This document shows positions 47,001 to 61,100 of a stretch of 64,000 nucleotides of DNA, one piece after another. The notes under the pieces were generated by a model. It did no database searches. It was not told the origin of the DNA and was given only the letters and a program-made list of their open reading frames with translations. Source of the DNA: Phoronis australis (taxonomy: Eukaryota > Animalia > Phoronida); contig NMRA01000592.1 in assembly GCA_002633005.1 (NCBI GenBank), positions 72,855 through 136,854 of the forward strand, given 5' to 3'. Position numbers and translations under genes: made by a program. Position 1 is the stretch's first letter; every line of letters begins with the position of its first letter.

Positions 47001-49932
47001 TGGCGTAAATACTGCTAAGTTATATTCAGTGTTGTTGTAATGTCTCTGTCCAGGAACTGTGATGACTTGTGCATTTCTGACATTTTGCTCGGGGATTCTG
47101 TCATAGTAAAGATTTGTAGGGTCCTCTGGTGTCATCTCAGCTGGGTAATTTAGCCTTGTACTGTCGTCTCTAGCAGGTGACCAATGGAGGAGCAACTGTT
47201 TTGTTTCAAGAGGTATTGACTCGGGCAGGATTTTTCTTCACTTTTTATTGTTTCAGGCTTTTATTTTCCAAATTCCCTAGTTGTTGCATTGGTCTGGATT
47301 ATGAGAGTGTAGTAGCAACACTCTTGCCATAACTTAAAGAAACTCTTTCCCTTGCATTTCATTTCTTTATGATTCCGTGTGTTGACTTGGACAGACTATA
47401 CACAATTTAGTTTTATTTTAAATTTTTGTCGCTTATGTTCTATGACAATCTGTCCTATTTTTCAAGTGCAGTTACCTCTGATCAAAAAAAAAACTGTTTC
47501 GGGACTGAGAAATGTGATGTCTTAAACTTGTGAAAATGGTGGCTTATTGAAATTTTTCTGTAATCAAGGTACCTAAACTACATGGTCAACAGACTCATAA
47601 ACACGGGCACGGACGCATGAACACGACTCACGGACCTGCAAACACCATCCACTGACTCACAAACACGGGAACGGACTCACAAAACACGATCCCCACACCC
47701 AAATACACGGGACACGGACTCATATTCACGAGGAAACATGATTAACGGATCGCCAAACACAGGTCACGGACTCATTGGCTTCCTGGGTCAGCAGACATCT
47801 TCATTTTGTCCGTAAACCGTGTTTGGCGGTCCGTTAACCGTGTTTCCTCGTGAATATGAGTCCGTGTCCCGTGTATTTGGGCGCGTGGATCGTGTTTTGT
47901 GAGTCCGTTCCCGTGTTTGTGAGTCAGTGGACGGTGTTTGCAGGTCCGTGAGTCGTGTTTATGAGTTCATTGACTGTGTAGTTTAGGTACCTTGGCAATC
48001 ATCACAATAAAGCTTGCAGAAGTCGGATTTGCAAAAGTTGGATTTGTGTTTGACTCGAAAGAGGTTTTACCTTACTATTTTTCTTCCATTGATTATTTAA
48101 TAAAAAGCTCTTTAATTGTAAGCCAGATTTTCTCTCAATTCGGAGAAAATGTGCTTGTCATTTAAAAGAAATCACTCGTTTTTACTTCTCACTTCGTGCC
48201 CTGAACATAAAATGGAATTACTAACTCCAACACAGTTACAATGGACCTTAAGTCTTGATAGACATGAATTCTTTGATATGCGGACCTTTTACTGAAAGAA
48301 ATCACTGAGGACTAAAAAAAAAAACGTGGCCACTAGGTTCAGGTCTACGAATTGTGCATCTGCTTTGACTTCCTGCGGATTTTGTGGACTTTAGTCTCGT
48401 TTACTTGGACTTTTTGTTTCACTGAGGTGGACCTTTTTGCCCAATTCGCCAAATTGGGGGGCTCATTCGAGCCCCCCGAGCCCCCCCTGGGTGCACCCAT
48501 GAAACGTGTTGTACATTCAGCATTTCAGATAACACAGATTTTGTTTTACAGGGATCTCGTTCTTTTTAGATCTTGAGTCTTACTGTGTATACTAATGATA
48601 CATTATTTGGAAACAAATTTTATTTAATTGGAGGCCACTGAATGAGTGATCTTATTTGATTCCGGCCCAATTTATTTTGTTTGACAGGTAAACTAGAGGG
48701 TAATTTCTATGACTCAAAAGGGCGCCCAACTGCTAAGTTAAGAGCAGTGAAAGACATGATAACTAAGGGTAAAACACTGAAACTGGAAGAGGAAGAAGAG
48801 AAAAGAATGTACCCCATGTGTAACTCAGAATGGAGCCAGGAGAAGGGTGGGATAGTTTACTGCTCAAACAGAAGGTTTGTATTGCAGCAGCTAGTGTTTG
48901 CCGAGGCTGCAAGTGATACGAGTATCTTAGAAAGAAACAAACAAGTTAATGGGTGCATCATCTCAGATTGTGCACCAGTGTTATGATTTCTAGACTTTTT
49001 AACGGACACCAAAAATGTTAGGTCCAAGAAGGCCCATTGTGTGGAAGTGTAGGGTGAATATTGAAGGAGTGACTAAGTTGGGACTGCAGGAATGCATTTT
49101 TTGGAATTCCACTGAAACATAGGCTCTCGACTAATTATTATACTATTTAGCACAGAACATAGAAAAAATGGCAATTTTGTGGCATTTCTCAAAAGTAACG
49201 TTCATTACTGACATAGTCTGAAGTCAAACAACATTAGGCAAAATTATTATTGCCGATAGAATTAGTGTTACATCCTAAAGTGCTGTCCACACACAGTTGA
49301 CAGTTGCTCATGGAACATGTTGTCTCTAGGTTTGGGTGCTATTTAAACTAGCACATCTTGCCCCACTTGTGACAACCTACTCAACCTTATTGAGATCGGT
49401 TAATTTGTTCTAGAATAACTTATGTCATTTTTAATTGCTGTTTGGCTGCAAACCTGGTCTAAGGAGGAAGTAATTATCAGCTGCACTCTTGTGTAGTTAC
49501 ATAAATACAGATTTTTTTCAAGTCGTATTCACTTCAAATGTTCATTGGCATGCACAGAGCAAGAACTTCTCATGCACTAGTTATCGGATATAAGTATGGA
49601 TGATCTGCTTAAAGTGTGACAAGCTGCACTAGTGCAAATTATTCCAGGGTAAGTCTGTGTGTGGACGGATCTAAGTTGTTCCAGTCTAGACATGATTCCT
49701 GTGTATTGATTTCAGTGGTGGAGTTGAACGGGATTGGGTAGGAGTTCCTCGTCTTTACTTCCGACCAGGAGTGCTCCAACCAAGGTGTGCATGTGTTAAG
49801 ACCAGTGGACCACCATCTAATGACCCAGGCAAAAGAGAGCATAGTGACAGGGGTGACCTTGATCAGCCCGTCTTCAAACAGTATCCCAACTGTGATCCTG
49901 CTGCTATCTCATGCAGAGTACCTGATCACTGA
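44025..49932 (+). CDS. CYB5D2: Neuferricin (cytochrome b5 domain-containing protein 2, MAPR family), about 299 aa
   Basis: Exons 44025-44379, 46824-46964, 48688-48874, 49716-49932 (900 nt). Hydrophobic N-terminus, then the b5-like heme/steroid domain [51 protein letters not shown], then the neuferricin C-terminal motifs [19 protein letters not shown] and RCACV. Confidence 0.95.
47565..47994. mobile_element. Foldback element with ~190-bp inverted arms built from ACACG/GACTCA subrepeats
   Basis: CAAGGTACCTAAACTACA ... TGTAGTTTAGGTACCTTG. The arms are complementary almost throughout, around a spacer of about 40 bp near 47772-47806. Confidence 0.88.
48280..48501. mobile_element. hAT-like MITE fragment; same family as 54704-54905 and the end at 928
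   Basis: Shares GGACCTTTTACTGAAA..GGACTTTTTGTTTC.CTGAGG.GGACCTTTT with 54704-54905. Termini are CATG(C/G)GCGCACCCAG-like. Confidence 0.55.
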
Positions 49933-52900
49933 CTTATACACATCATACAACATTGTATATACGTGTAAATATTCAAAAAAGTTGGAAGTCTTGGACAGGT
50001 ACAACGTTGCATTTAAACTGCTTACTAGTATAATTGTTTGCTAGACAACTACTGACGTTTAATATTAAGCTCAAATGGGACAGTGCAGATGGAGAGCAAT
50101 GCACCTGGAATGCAAATGAGCTCAGCTCATCTCTCTCGTCCGCAGTGAACTGAACTGTAGGTATGTTGCATCTGGAGGCAGTGAGTCAAATATCTCACTA
50201 GTTGAATTTCTTTTATCTGTCAAGTGTAAATCCTTGTGGATGAGCTAACGAGGTACTTATACGATGAGACAACCTCGATTTTGTAATTCCCAACGAAACT
50301 AAGTTGTAAAGATTACTTTTGAAAAGTGTCCAGGAAAGATTTAAAATCCACCATCACTGTGTGCCCTGCCAATTTAGCCTGGATCATCAAAGGAGGTAGG
50401 ATCAACAATGATTCCTTTGAGAAGTGTTAGGAAGTCTTTAGAGAACTGTTTTGTTGTTACTTTTGTGAAAAAGTCTTCTCAAGGATTAATTGAATACACT
50501 CATTTCTCTTTGAAAAAAATCAAAACATTTTTAAAGCAACTATAAAATGACATGCTTTCATTCACAAAAATTTTTGATTCGACTTTACTGTTATGAAAGT
50601 GTCCCTTAGTCAGGACGGTGTGGTTTTTGGCTGGAAAGAAGTGACACTGAATTGTTATCCGCTTGGTTGAAACTAGGAATTGAATTGTGTGTGTGTAATT
50701 GTGGGTGTGTGCGTGCGTGTACGTATACATATACATAAACATGCAAAGGTGGATTACAAAGCATGTCAGCATACTATAAATCAATACACAAGATAAATGA
50801 AAATAATTCATCCTAATTAATTAATCTAAGAAGAGCACTTGACAGTTAATAAATTAATAAATTACAAATGAAGACTTATTTAATTCTATGAACAAATGAA
50901 ACAACATTTAAACGTAATTTTGTATATTGGTTTTTTGCAAAAAAGAGTCAACACTTGCAGGCTAGAGTTGATATTTGATCAATGATAATTGGAGGTGAGT
51001 AATAATATACTTATTTGGGGAATGTGATACTTGAAGCATGTTTAAGAACTAGCTTTTATAAAAAAAGGCTGGAGTAAATAGGGCAATAGTTAGGAGTGTA
51101 TTATGAAAGCAAAAATTTTGTATTGCAAAGGACATGTTGTGTTTCTATTAATATTTCCTCTTGGCTGGTGTTTTTGTAAAAAGTTCAAGAAGCAGTGTTT
51201 TAGAAGTTTGTTGATTTGTTCAGTTTGAGATTAACAACTAAGCAGAAATACATGCTATGACCCTGCCTATTATTTGGGCTCCAACTTGCAGTATTTTGGA
51301 TTCAACCTGTTCATTTGTAAGCCTATGGAAGCACTAACCTCAGGTGATGCCAACCTGATTTGGGAAGTTAGTGTTTAGGTCATTAGGGTCAATGTTGGGG
51401 GTCCCACCGAGTAAGGGATGTTTAAAGAATGTGGATGTCATAGTGCTGCTCACACAAAAAGAGTGGGACCCCTAAAAATATAGAGACTCGCCAAGATAAC
51501 TGGCATTCGGTTATCCATAATTGAATTTGCACTTTGTTTTTTGTTAAAAAATACAGAGTGGAAAATATGCAACACAAATCTGTGCAAAACGTTTACATTT
51601 ACCTTCCTTGATATTATAATTAGTACAAGCGCGGCCCCTGATTACCGGTTTTTGAATTATACTGAAATAGTACTATTCGATCAACAGCTAGCGTTGCCCA
51701 GTGGGCACACTGTATCATCATAGAAGCCGCCTCAAATCATTTCCTTCTCAAAAGCGAAAATATCCCTTATTTTCTTCATGCCCCAAGCATTCCCACAAGA
51801 AATAACGAATCTCGGTTCTTTGGAAGACCAAAAATCACTTCTCTTCTTGTCTGAGTGAGCTGATAATAATTTATAGCAGCAAGTGGTTTAAATAAAAAAA
51901 TACATGACCTTCGACGGAACTCGGGTTTATTGCCGCTTTAAATATTTAAGGATCGACTGTACGCCTTCATTAATCCTCCCTACTGTGACATAACTGCAAG
52001 TCAGAGATAGGGCTGATTCTTAGACATATTTTGCCTGTTTGAAATTGACGTCCTGTTCTCGGTGGTTTACTACTGAAGTTGTATTCTGGCTGTCTCAGAA
52101 CAAGCAGAAGAACGTTTAACCACGATTAGGCCTACGATGACTTCTTCAGGCCCACGCACACATTGGTCAAGCTGAACCCTGGCTTGACTAAAAAAGTAAT
52201 TGTCATTTTGTAATTATCAGACATCAATTACCATCCGCCAGATTATATGACGAAATATTGCGATTGTATTTACGACTCCCCGAAAATGTACCTCGGGCGT
52301 TTTTGCGAAAAAGGCCTCATTTTGGCGCATTTTCCAAATGTCTCGTATCGAAGTGTGTGTAGCGTATAGTTTTTCCGTTTAAAGCTGCACCCATCTGTTT
52401 CCGAAAAAGCGTCTTGGGGGCATTTTGTCTGCACCCTACATGTCGCAACGGTTACCACATTACGGTGAAACTTCCCAGGCTGCCAATCACATATACCTTC
52501 AAATAGTTTTATTCCCCCTCGCCCTACACCTTCTGATCGAAATGGGGCGTGTACTGTCTAGGTCGCTATAGGTACAATGCTCGACACTTTGGCTGGGGTG
52601 CAGCACGTAAGGAACTTGGTAATCTGTTGTGGTGCACTTGGCATCCGAGTGTATACTGAGGCGTGGGGATGTCCAATAGTCTAACTAGTAACTCCTCGTT
52701 CCCCGTCCACCTGAGTAAGTACATACTGTACAAACGTTATAACTGTTGTACAGGGAATCCAGTGCACCACAGCGGAGCGTGGCGGCCATGAGCATCAACC
52801 TGATCCGACCGGCACTTCTTTGCAGCTACCGCGAACCCTCTATCAGATAGCATTTACCGCCGGCGGACAACTTATAAGGTGCGATTTGGGGGTAGGGGGA

Positions 52901-53220
52901 CCTTATTGGTAGTGAATTCAGCGTTGCCAGTGCTATTTTTTCAAGGATTTTACCGCACAACCCCACGGCTTGCCATACCTCTCGCATGGGCGGCGCACCA
53001 TAGGGAACTGACTGGGGGGGCTATGTGCGCCCTACTTTTTTCAGTGCCTCGCCGCCCATGGTCTACAGGGGGCTGGCGGGGCTATACCCCCACTTTTTTC
53101 AGTGCTGCGCAGCCCATGCCCTGATATTTTTATTCCTCTGTGACATAAAACACGTAAGCTACGTCCATCAAATGAACTTCCTAGAAAAAATCCTCTTTCC
53201 CCCACGGCGCGGTCGCCGTT

Positions 53221-53465
53221 GGCCACTGGAGTAGAAGCATCATTTCGAAGAAACGAGATTTACACACACACAAACTATGATCGACACAATTAATGAACGC
53301 TTTTGCTACGTAGGCGAACTGCGGCCACTGAAGTAATAAGCATCATTTCGAAGAAACTTTCTACACACACAATGATCGACACAATTAATCAACGCTTTTG
53401 CTTCGTAGGCGAACTGCGGCCACTGAAGTAATAAGCATCATTTCGAAGAAACGAGATATCCACAC
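53221..53465. repeat. ~100-bp tandem duplication (2.4 copies)
   Basis: GGCCACTG.AGTA..AAGCATCATTTCGAAGAAAC...ATCGACACAATTAAT.AACGCTTTTGCT.CGTAGGCGAACTGC is repeated. Confidence 0.88.
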
Positions 53466-54535
53466 GTACACACGGCGTATTGATTACGACGGCATACAAG
53501 CCAATGCGGGTGACCTTGCTCAATACAACTATGCAACATATGGTAACATTTTGTTTTAAAAAGCTGTCTGCACCGCGATGACAGCATTCAAACATACTGT
53601 GGTTATGTGTAAGATGTAACTTTTCCACGACCGTAAGACTGAACGAACTACGAAACGCAGAAATTCGATCTACATGAAAAGTTCCCTTTTCCAATTTTTA
53701 CTATTCATCTTTTCATAAGTAATTAAAAGAAAAATGCAAATGATGCACTACATTTTTCAGTGACAGCACTTATAACGTATCCCCTTGCTACGAGAAATTA
53801 TCGAGGGGTGGTGCGTTCATATTTGTTCCGTCGTTCCACTGAGTAAAGAAAAACTAAGGCGATGAATCCGATTACATATGCAGCCATAGGCGGGTCGATA
53901 CTACGTCATTGTTTCCACCCCCTTGTGATATATGGAAATAGCCTCGGGACGCTAATTCTTAGAAAAAGCCCATACGCCGTCCTCGGCAGTTCCGTCGGCT
54001 CTTACGATAGGACGGAATTGGTGAAGTTCAGTGCAGAGAGTAGAAAGATTTATATTGTAACTGCCGGTCAATGTAGCTTATCTGAGTTGACTCAATGATG
54101 AGGGCATCATTAGCATAGCAGTCGCGAAACACTTGAGTCACGGTGAGTATTCAAGCAAAATGTGTTTCATGTAAACAGCTAGGTCTAAAAGCTAGAACGC
54201 TAGTTTTTGTTTTCACTACCCTCAAGCAAACGGGAGAAATTGCACATCAGCTGTCGAAACCGAAGACTGGGTCCCTTTTGAAAAAGGTAGTTTTAGGGCC
54301 TTCCGTGGCTATGAATTAAAATGTATAATATAGACCGCAGTTGATTTCTTCAAAAATTCATACAAAGGCAAACTCTGATACGTGATTGCAAACGATCTTA
54401 TTTTTCAATTTTTTTAGAATGTTACTGCGAGATTCATCTGTATTGCACTGGTTCCCAATCTAGGATTAGTTTTAATCGCCACCTCCGGTCAACAATTAAT
54501 GCTATACTAGTGCCAATAAACACAAGTGGAACGAC

Positions 54536-54579
54536 CATAGACATCTTATGATGTCTATAGACATCATAAGATGTCTATG
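54536..54579. mobile_element. 44-bp perfect palindromic mini-element with 8-bp target-site duplication (hAT-like)
   Basis: GGAACGAC|CATAGACATCTTATGATGTCTATAGACATCATAAGATGTCTATG|GGAACGAC. Confidence 0.85.
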
Positions 54580-55183
54580 GGAACGACACTGCGATCCCAC
54601 CGAGAAGTTTTTTTTGGCAAGAGACAATTAACTAAAATGAACAGTTGAAGAAGTTTCTAAAATCATAGATGACCGCTCGCTTTTTAGACTGAAAACACCT
54701 CACCATGCGCGCACCCAGCTTAAATTATAGGGGTTCTGAAATTTTTCCGTATGTGGACCTTTTACTGAAAAGAAAAACGAGGTACTACGTTCAGACCTAT
54801 GAATTGTCCATTCGCGGAATTCCCGTGGATTTTTGTCGCGTTTGCTCGGACTTTTTGTTTCTCTGAGGCGGACCTTTTGCCCACTTAGCCAAATATGGGG
54901 GGGGAGTGATGGCTTAGGAAGTAAATGAATGTTACTTGTTTTGTCACAAAACCACCGGTACAATCACGGTCATTCGATACAATTCGTCCATTTCGGTACG
55001 TTTATATGTAGAAATGTCAAAGATATTACATTCTAAGTGATGTACATGATAAGGTTATTCGAAAATAGATGAACTTTGTATCGCCGGAATGAGCATGGGT
55101 ATCTTTGGCATGAGTGCATATTATAACTGAAAATTTGCTTGCAGCCGGTATCTGAGTCACAGCTAAGGAAGTGGTCTAGAGTC

Positions 55184-58100
55184 ATGGCAACCAACAACGA
55201 AGAGAATGAACGTCTTTCGCAAGAAGACGGTCGAGTTCTGTATGCTCGGGGCAGAGACGATGGACAGAGAAGACGGAGCAAGGAAACTGATGGGCTTACA
55301 AGAGCTCGAATTAGACCTGAGAGGATAAACAGTTCAACGAGATTCGTAAACCGAAGGTATAACTTCAAGCACCATTTCCAACCATGAAATCGACAATAAG
55401 CGACGGCTTTGCCACGGTTTTTATCAAATATATATTAATAATTGGCAATCTAACTTCTGTCTCTGCCATAAGGTTAGCCATTGGGCATATTATTACCAAA
55501 CAAGCGCCCAAAACGTCCGTTTGCAAATGTTGCTGTACAATACTTATTACACACATTCGAATAGTTTGCTTGAATTTCTGACGTCCGTCGGAGTCACTCA
55601 GCACACACAACTTGAACTTGCCTTTCTGGAAAGTTATTCAAGTAGGGCGTGTGCCCTTCTAGGCCTACTACTGATTCGATCCAACTTGATTGCGTGGAAG
55701 GAAACTCTGTTGAAAGTGCCAATTTTAATGAAGACAGGTGTATAGGTCCAGAGTTCAGATCGCTGGTGCTAATTAGTTATGCCCACACTAAAACGCCCAT
55801 CCGGTCTAATTTTTGTATCCAGATCTGGCAGTCCCGGTCCGTGTCACGTATCAGAGTACACCATGTGTTTTACTGTTGTTTATCACAATACAGCCGTGTG
55901 GCCTATGAGCCCATGACCTTAGATTGTCCTTATAATGACTCACTGCTATAGATGCTAGTTAGTTAACACCATTGGACTTTAATGTGGTTGTATGTGCTTT
56001 GATGCAGTTCTTATATCTAATGCATTATATGTGATTGAATACAAGTGGTTACTCACAATATTACAGTCCGCAACGCAACTGTTCTTGTTGCTCAACAGTC
56101 AAGTTCTCGGGCTTTTAATTAAGATTTAGAGGTAAATTAATCTCTTAAAAAGCAGTATTAAAACCGTTTTTTCTGTCAAAAACCACTTGCCGAAATTGGT
56201 CTTTTCTTGCCTTACTCGGTTTAGAAGTCGTCCCCAGCCGCGGCAAGAACTGACATTGCGTTATTCATCAAACCAAACCTGTGAGAAGAATGTATTAAAA
56301 TCCCACAACGTGCCTAATGAAAAATTTGAGACTAATTTCATTATAGTAGGTGGTCTGATCAAAAGTTGTTTTTTTTGTGGTGCAAGCCGGGTTTACGATT
56401 CGCTTTAAAAGATGGCGCTTTTGCAATGTCCTTCCCGTGTTCTTCTATTGAGAGCTCTACAGCCCACACTTTTACTCGACGCTATGCTATGGAGCAACCG
56501 CCGTTCCCCCGCCCCGACAATTGCGCCTTTCAACCTCGTTGGTCATTTCCTCTAGCACCCTAGTTCTTTGGTCATCAAAAATTAACTGTTGGTTTAGATC
56601 ACGTTCTGCTGAGAAATTGGCCTAGATTTGTTCATCAGATGAGGAACGATTCCTGGGCTATGGAGAATTTTGGCGCTCCAGTCTCACTCTTGCACTGCTT
56701 CAGTAGCTAGTACCGGCATACAGTTTATAGTACCGGTACGTACTGCGCCGATCCAGTTTCAGCTGTCTTCGATGTTGGAACTGCTGCACACCGGCAGTAT
56801 TCATGAATACCTGAATATGTGCAAATTTCAATCAGAACAGAAAATCATGTGAAGTTCACATATTCGCACATATAAAACACGCTCGAGTGTCCTAGGTGTT
56901 CCGGATGCTGTCACCAGGAACACCTCGCACGGGTATTTTCGTAGCAGCTGCCTCAAATTACCCTTAGGGGCTGCATTAGGTGCGTACATGCGAACTTCAG
57001 TCGTTAGGCGCCTCATCGTATTTCTCAACCACCAACTATGAATGTTCCCACCAGATGGGATTACAGTATACTGGCTATAGCACCTGAACTTTTATGACCG
57101 GCTTCTTTCGGTTGGTGATTAGGGAACAAATGGATGTTAGTGACAGCCGCTACTGTGTATGAGGCAACATTCTGTGGGCCCTACGCGGATTATAAAAAAT
57201 TAATCCGCCATCGAAAGTTGAAAATTTTCATTGAATATGAAGATCGGTCACCTAGAACAGAAAAAAAAATTACGCGCGTTGCTCTGACTGCTGCATTTCT
57301 TCCTTGATATGTCCAAACCTCCACTGTGTAACCTGTCAGAGCAACACCACAGGGCGACTTGTGTACACCACTGCACACAGCAAATGTCAAGATAATGTTC
57401 ATCTCCCAGGCGAAATCTTGTTGGGGGGTACGAAAGACCGGGATACGCCGATGGCAATTTGAGGCTACGCAAATAATCTGAAGTGTTCCGGATGGTCATG
57501 CAACTATGAGCAGCAGACCAATCATTAAGTGTGCAGTTGAGTTGCAGCAACTAATGCCCACCACAGCAACTGCGTCGCATTTTTGTTGACGACAATGTGG
57601 AAAGGCCTTTTTAATGGCTACTAAGAGTATTTCGTCGCTCTTTAGTAGCCAATTTTGAATTCTTAACAGAAGCGGTTTGGGTTTCCACGCTCACCCGATT
57701 GTCATTACGTGTTATCATGATTACTGCATATCGGTGGAAGTCAATCTCAATCGCTTGTTTTTTACATGGGATGTTTTGATATTTTTTGTTTAAGGGGAAG
57801 GAATGTTCGCGCAAACTACGGGGTACGGACGGTTGAGGACAAAGAACAATATCTGAAGTCTTTAGTTCAGAAAGATGCCAGCGACATCATCCTGGAACTT
57901 CTGTCGCCCAGGAGTTTGCTTAGAGAGTTGGTAGAAGGTAATACTAAAGTTACACAAGCGTGCGGTCTTCGCTGTTCTGGTGGCTGATTCCGGTGAGGCA
58001 GCCACCAGAAATCTGGATAGCCGTGTTTCAATGAAAATTCAACGACAAAGGTCACACGTTACGCATTTAGGGTGTGGATTTGACCTTTAAGAAAGTAATT

Positions 58101-61100
58101 TCTATGAAAACTCACTTTTTAGGGTGCCAAAATATGTACTCACGTCACTCTTTAGGGGTATAAAAGTAACCTAAGAACCTCATACCGTTGGCTGTGAAAT
58201 TCGGAGAAAGAGATCTCATTGGGGAAGACTCGAAAACTTCCGTTAATTTCGTTTACTTCGGAGAGTGAAAGTGTGACCAAAGTCATGATTCACTTTATTA
58301 GGATCTAGTTTGGAGAAAGTACACTGTCTTACTTAGGGTCATTCTCCAGAGGTATATTTTGAAAGGGGTCCCTTGGGTGTTTTTGAAATCTCTAGTTGAA
58401 ACGCAGTGTTCTTCCTTCGGGTATCAACTGATATAGAACTGAATTTCACCAGCGTAAATTCGCCGAAACCTCAATTTCTTTGAGGCTATTTCAGATTGGC
58501 AAAATTGTCTAGTGCACCTCACTGATAGAGACTTTTTGGAATTTGAATCTGCATGTAAATTCTTTTCACGAACATGTTCTGTGGTTCCCTCGACCAATTT
58601 GACATTTTTCGTACTTCACGTACTACTTGAGTAGTTAACGGTGCCTGATGTTCATTGAGGGGAGGGGGTGCAAAGAGGCCGACTAAGAGAGGCCCCGACT
58701 GAAAGGGGGCTGTTTAATATGAAAAGCTATATTATTGAGACTTGGACCAACAGAAGTGACTGTAGAAGAACAAAAGGCTACCTAGATTTTAAGTCTCAAC
58801 TTCAAATGGCAATGCAGTCGCTTACAGGTCACTGTAACCTGCAGAAACGTAAGAAAACAACGGATAGAGCAATAGATTCCTGCTGCCCGAAATGCTGGAC
58901 GGAAGATGAAACATCAGGACACCACGTGGGTTCACATGCCAAAGCATTAGAAAAGAAGTCTTTTGAAATTTCTCTCCGTTACAAGTGTCGCTATTTTTTA
59001 TTTTTCGACTGCGCGCGGCCCTACACCTACCCCGATTGTTGCGGTTTCATCCTGACGCCCAGCTTTGTCCCCAAGCCTAAAAATGGCGCTGATTGGTTTA
59101 GCCATTTGAGGCTTGGTGAGGAGATGACGAAGTTCACGCATGCATCTCTGAATACTTAAAGTTCTTGAAAATTCTTGTGCCTAGAATGGCTAAATCGATC
59201 AGCGCCATCTTGAGACTTGGGGACGAGGATGCCTGATGCCTGCAAGTTATTAGATGTGGGGGGGGGCACGCTTCCTGCGCCCCAGCACTGTCATGAGCCA
59301 ACACACCTCGGTATTGAACAACAAAGATGGGAATTTTTATCAAAAGACGTCTGCAGTAGCACACTCATTGATACGTTAGAGCAGAACATGATTTCGTGAT
59401 TGAATTGCTTGCACGATTTGTTTTGTGATGGTGGCGGATCACCCTAGGAACAGTATGATTTAAACTCTGTTGGTTATCGCTATTTAAAAGGCAAGCTTCC
59501 TGCTTTCACTTAGAATGTTATGGGTCCGGTCCAGTTGTTTGGTTGCAGCCTGATTTTTTGATAAAATTGTACATAAAAGACGAGTAAAGCACTTCAGCGA
59601 TCATTTGAAGATTTTCCGCTTATGAACCTTGAAAATAAGCTATGAAGAGAAATGGAGAGGTAAAACTAAGTGAAAGGAAAATAGCAGCATCACAAATAAA
59701 CCTGGTAAAGTAACTGTTATGGGGTCTGTAGAATTAACAATTAATGCAGGTAACTTGTGTTAAACAGCTTTCCCTATTATACGACAGCCAACAGTAATTC
59801 TGTCTTTTTTGCAGGTAAACAACTGTCAAAAGAATTGGTTCCCACACTACTGGTTTTAATTGGAAAGGGTTCGACCTGTTCGTCAATGCCTCGTATGGTC
59901 TCTCAGTCGTTCGCTTTAGTTCTACAGAGTCCATATTTACTGACAGAAACAGCGCGCTACATCACACGCGTGCAAACCAGTTTACATTTGGCGCCCGATC
60001 TTTCAATGATAAGACCATGCATAGCTTTAGCGAGTTTCCTCCGCGAAGTGCTTACAAGCATTCCCAATTCATATACTAGTGTGGCAAGCATAATAACAAA
60101 CCTTGAATGTCTGTCCAACCTAGTTGGCAAGGAAATTGATCAAAAAACCAAAAGTACGAGCACTGCTAAAGAGGGTGATGAATCTAATGAGAGGATACTT
60201 CGAGACAACGCAACAACTAATACCGGTCCTCCTGATGCAGATGTTTGGGGGCGATTTCAAACTGAAATAGAGCTTCTCATGGAGCAAAAGATATTAACAG
60301 AGGCTCTTATACGTGACGAATCGCATAGCCTTGTTGATGAAGGTTCACAAGCTACAGATTTCAGACAGTTGTCTATTTATCCAACACAGGATGAAATTTC
60401 TGGTATGGTTCAACCTTTTCTCAGGGCCAATAAATACAAAGGAAAATATGCCAATGTAAAGATGTACTTAGACACCCAGTTTCGTCTACTAAGGGAGGAT
60501 TTCACGGGTCCATTAAGAGAGAGTGTCGCCGAGTATGTAAGGATGCCTGGACAAACAGGTCGGTTGCAAAGCGGGCGTGTATATCGTAATGTACGCATAG
60601 GATCAGAAGTCATCGGAAGAAGGGGTATTTCACACGAAATCAAATTTGATGCATCACAGTTTCAACACGTGCATTGGGAAACATCGAAACGTCTCATGTT
60701 CGGTTCCCTGGTTTGTTTGTCATCGGACAACTTCAGAAATTTCTCTCTTGCATATATCTCGCAACGAGATCCAAGTGATTTAGAGGAAGGTACGATAAAT
60801 GTACAATTCTTCGACTTCAATGAAGACCAACTACTGACAGCAGATCATTTTGTGATGATCGAAACTACGTCATACTTTGAAGCCTACAGACCGGTTTTAA
60901 AAGCCCTTCAGGAAATTCGTGAAGACGAGTTTCCCTTCTCAAAATACATAGTCGATTGCAACATGTCTGTTACTCCTCCTGCGTATTTGTCTCGTCCTGA
61001 GGACACGAGATACGATATCGCACCACTTACAATGGAGCCAGAAGACAAACGAGAGGTATTACTTAATGAGCTGAAAACTCAAACTGACTTACAACTAGAC

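Noticed and set aside
58668-59159. 163-aa ORF in a ZNFX1 intron
   Set aside because: No recognisable domain, GTG start, repeat-like flanks, and not needed for phase continuity between 57937 and 59815.
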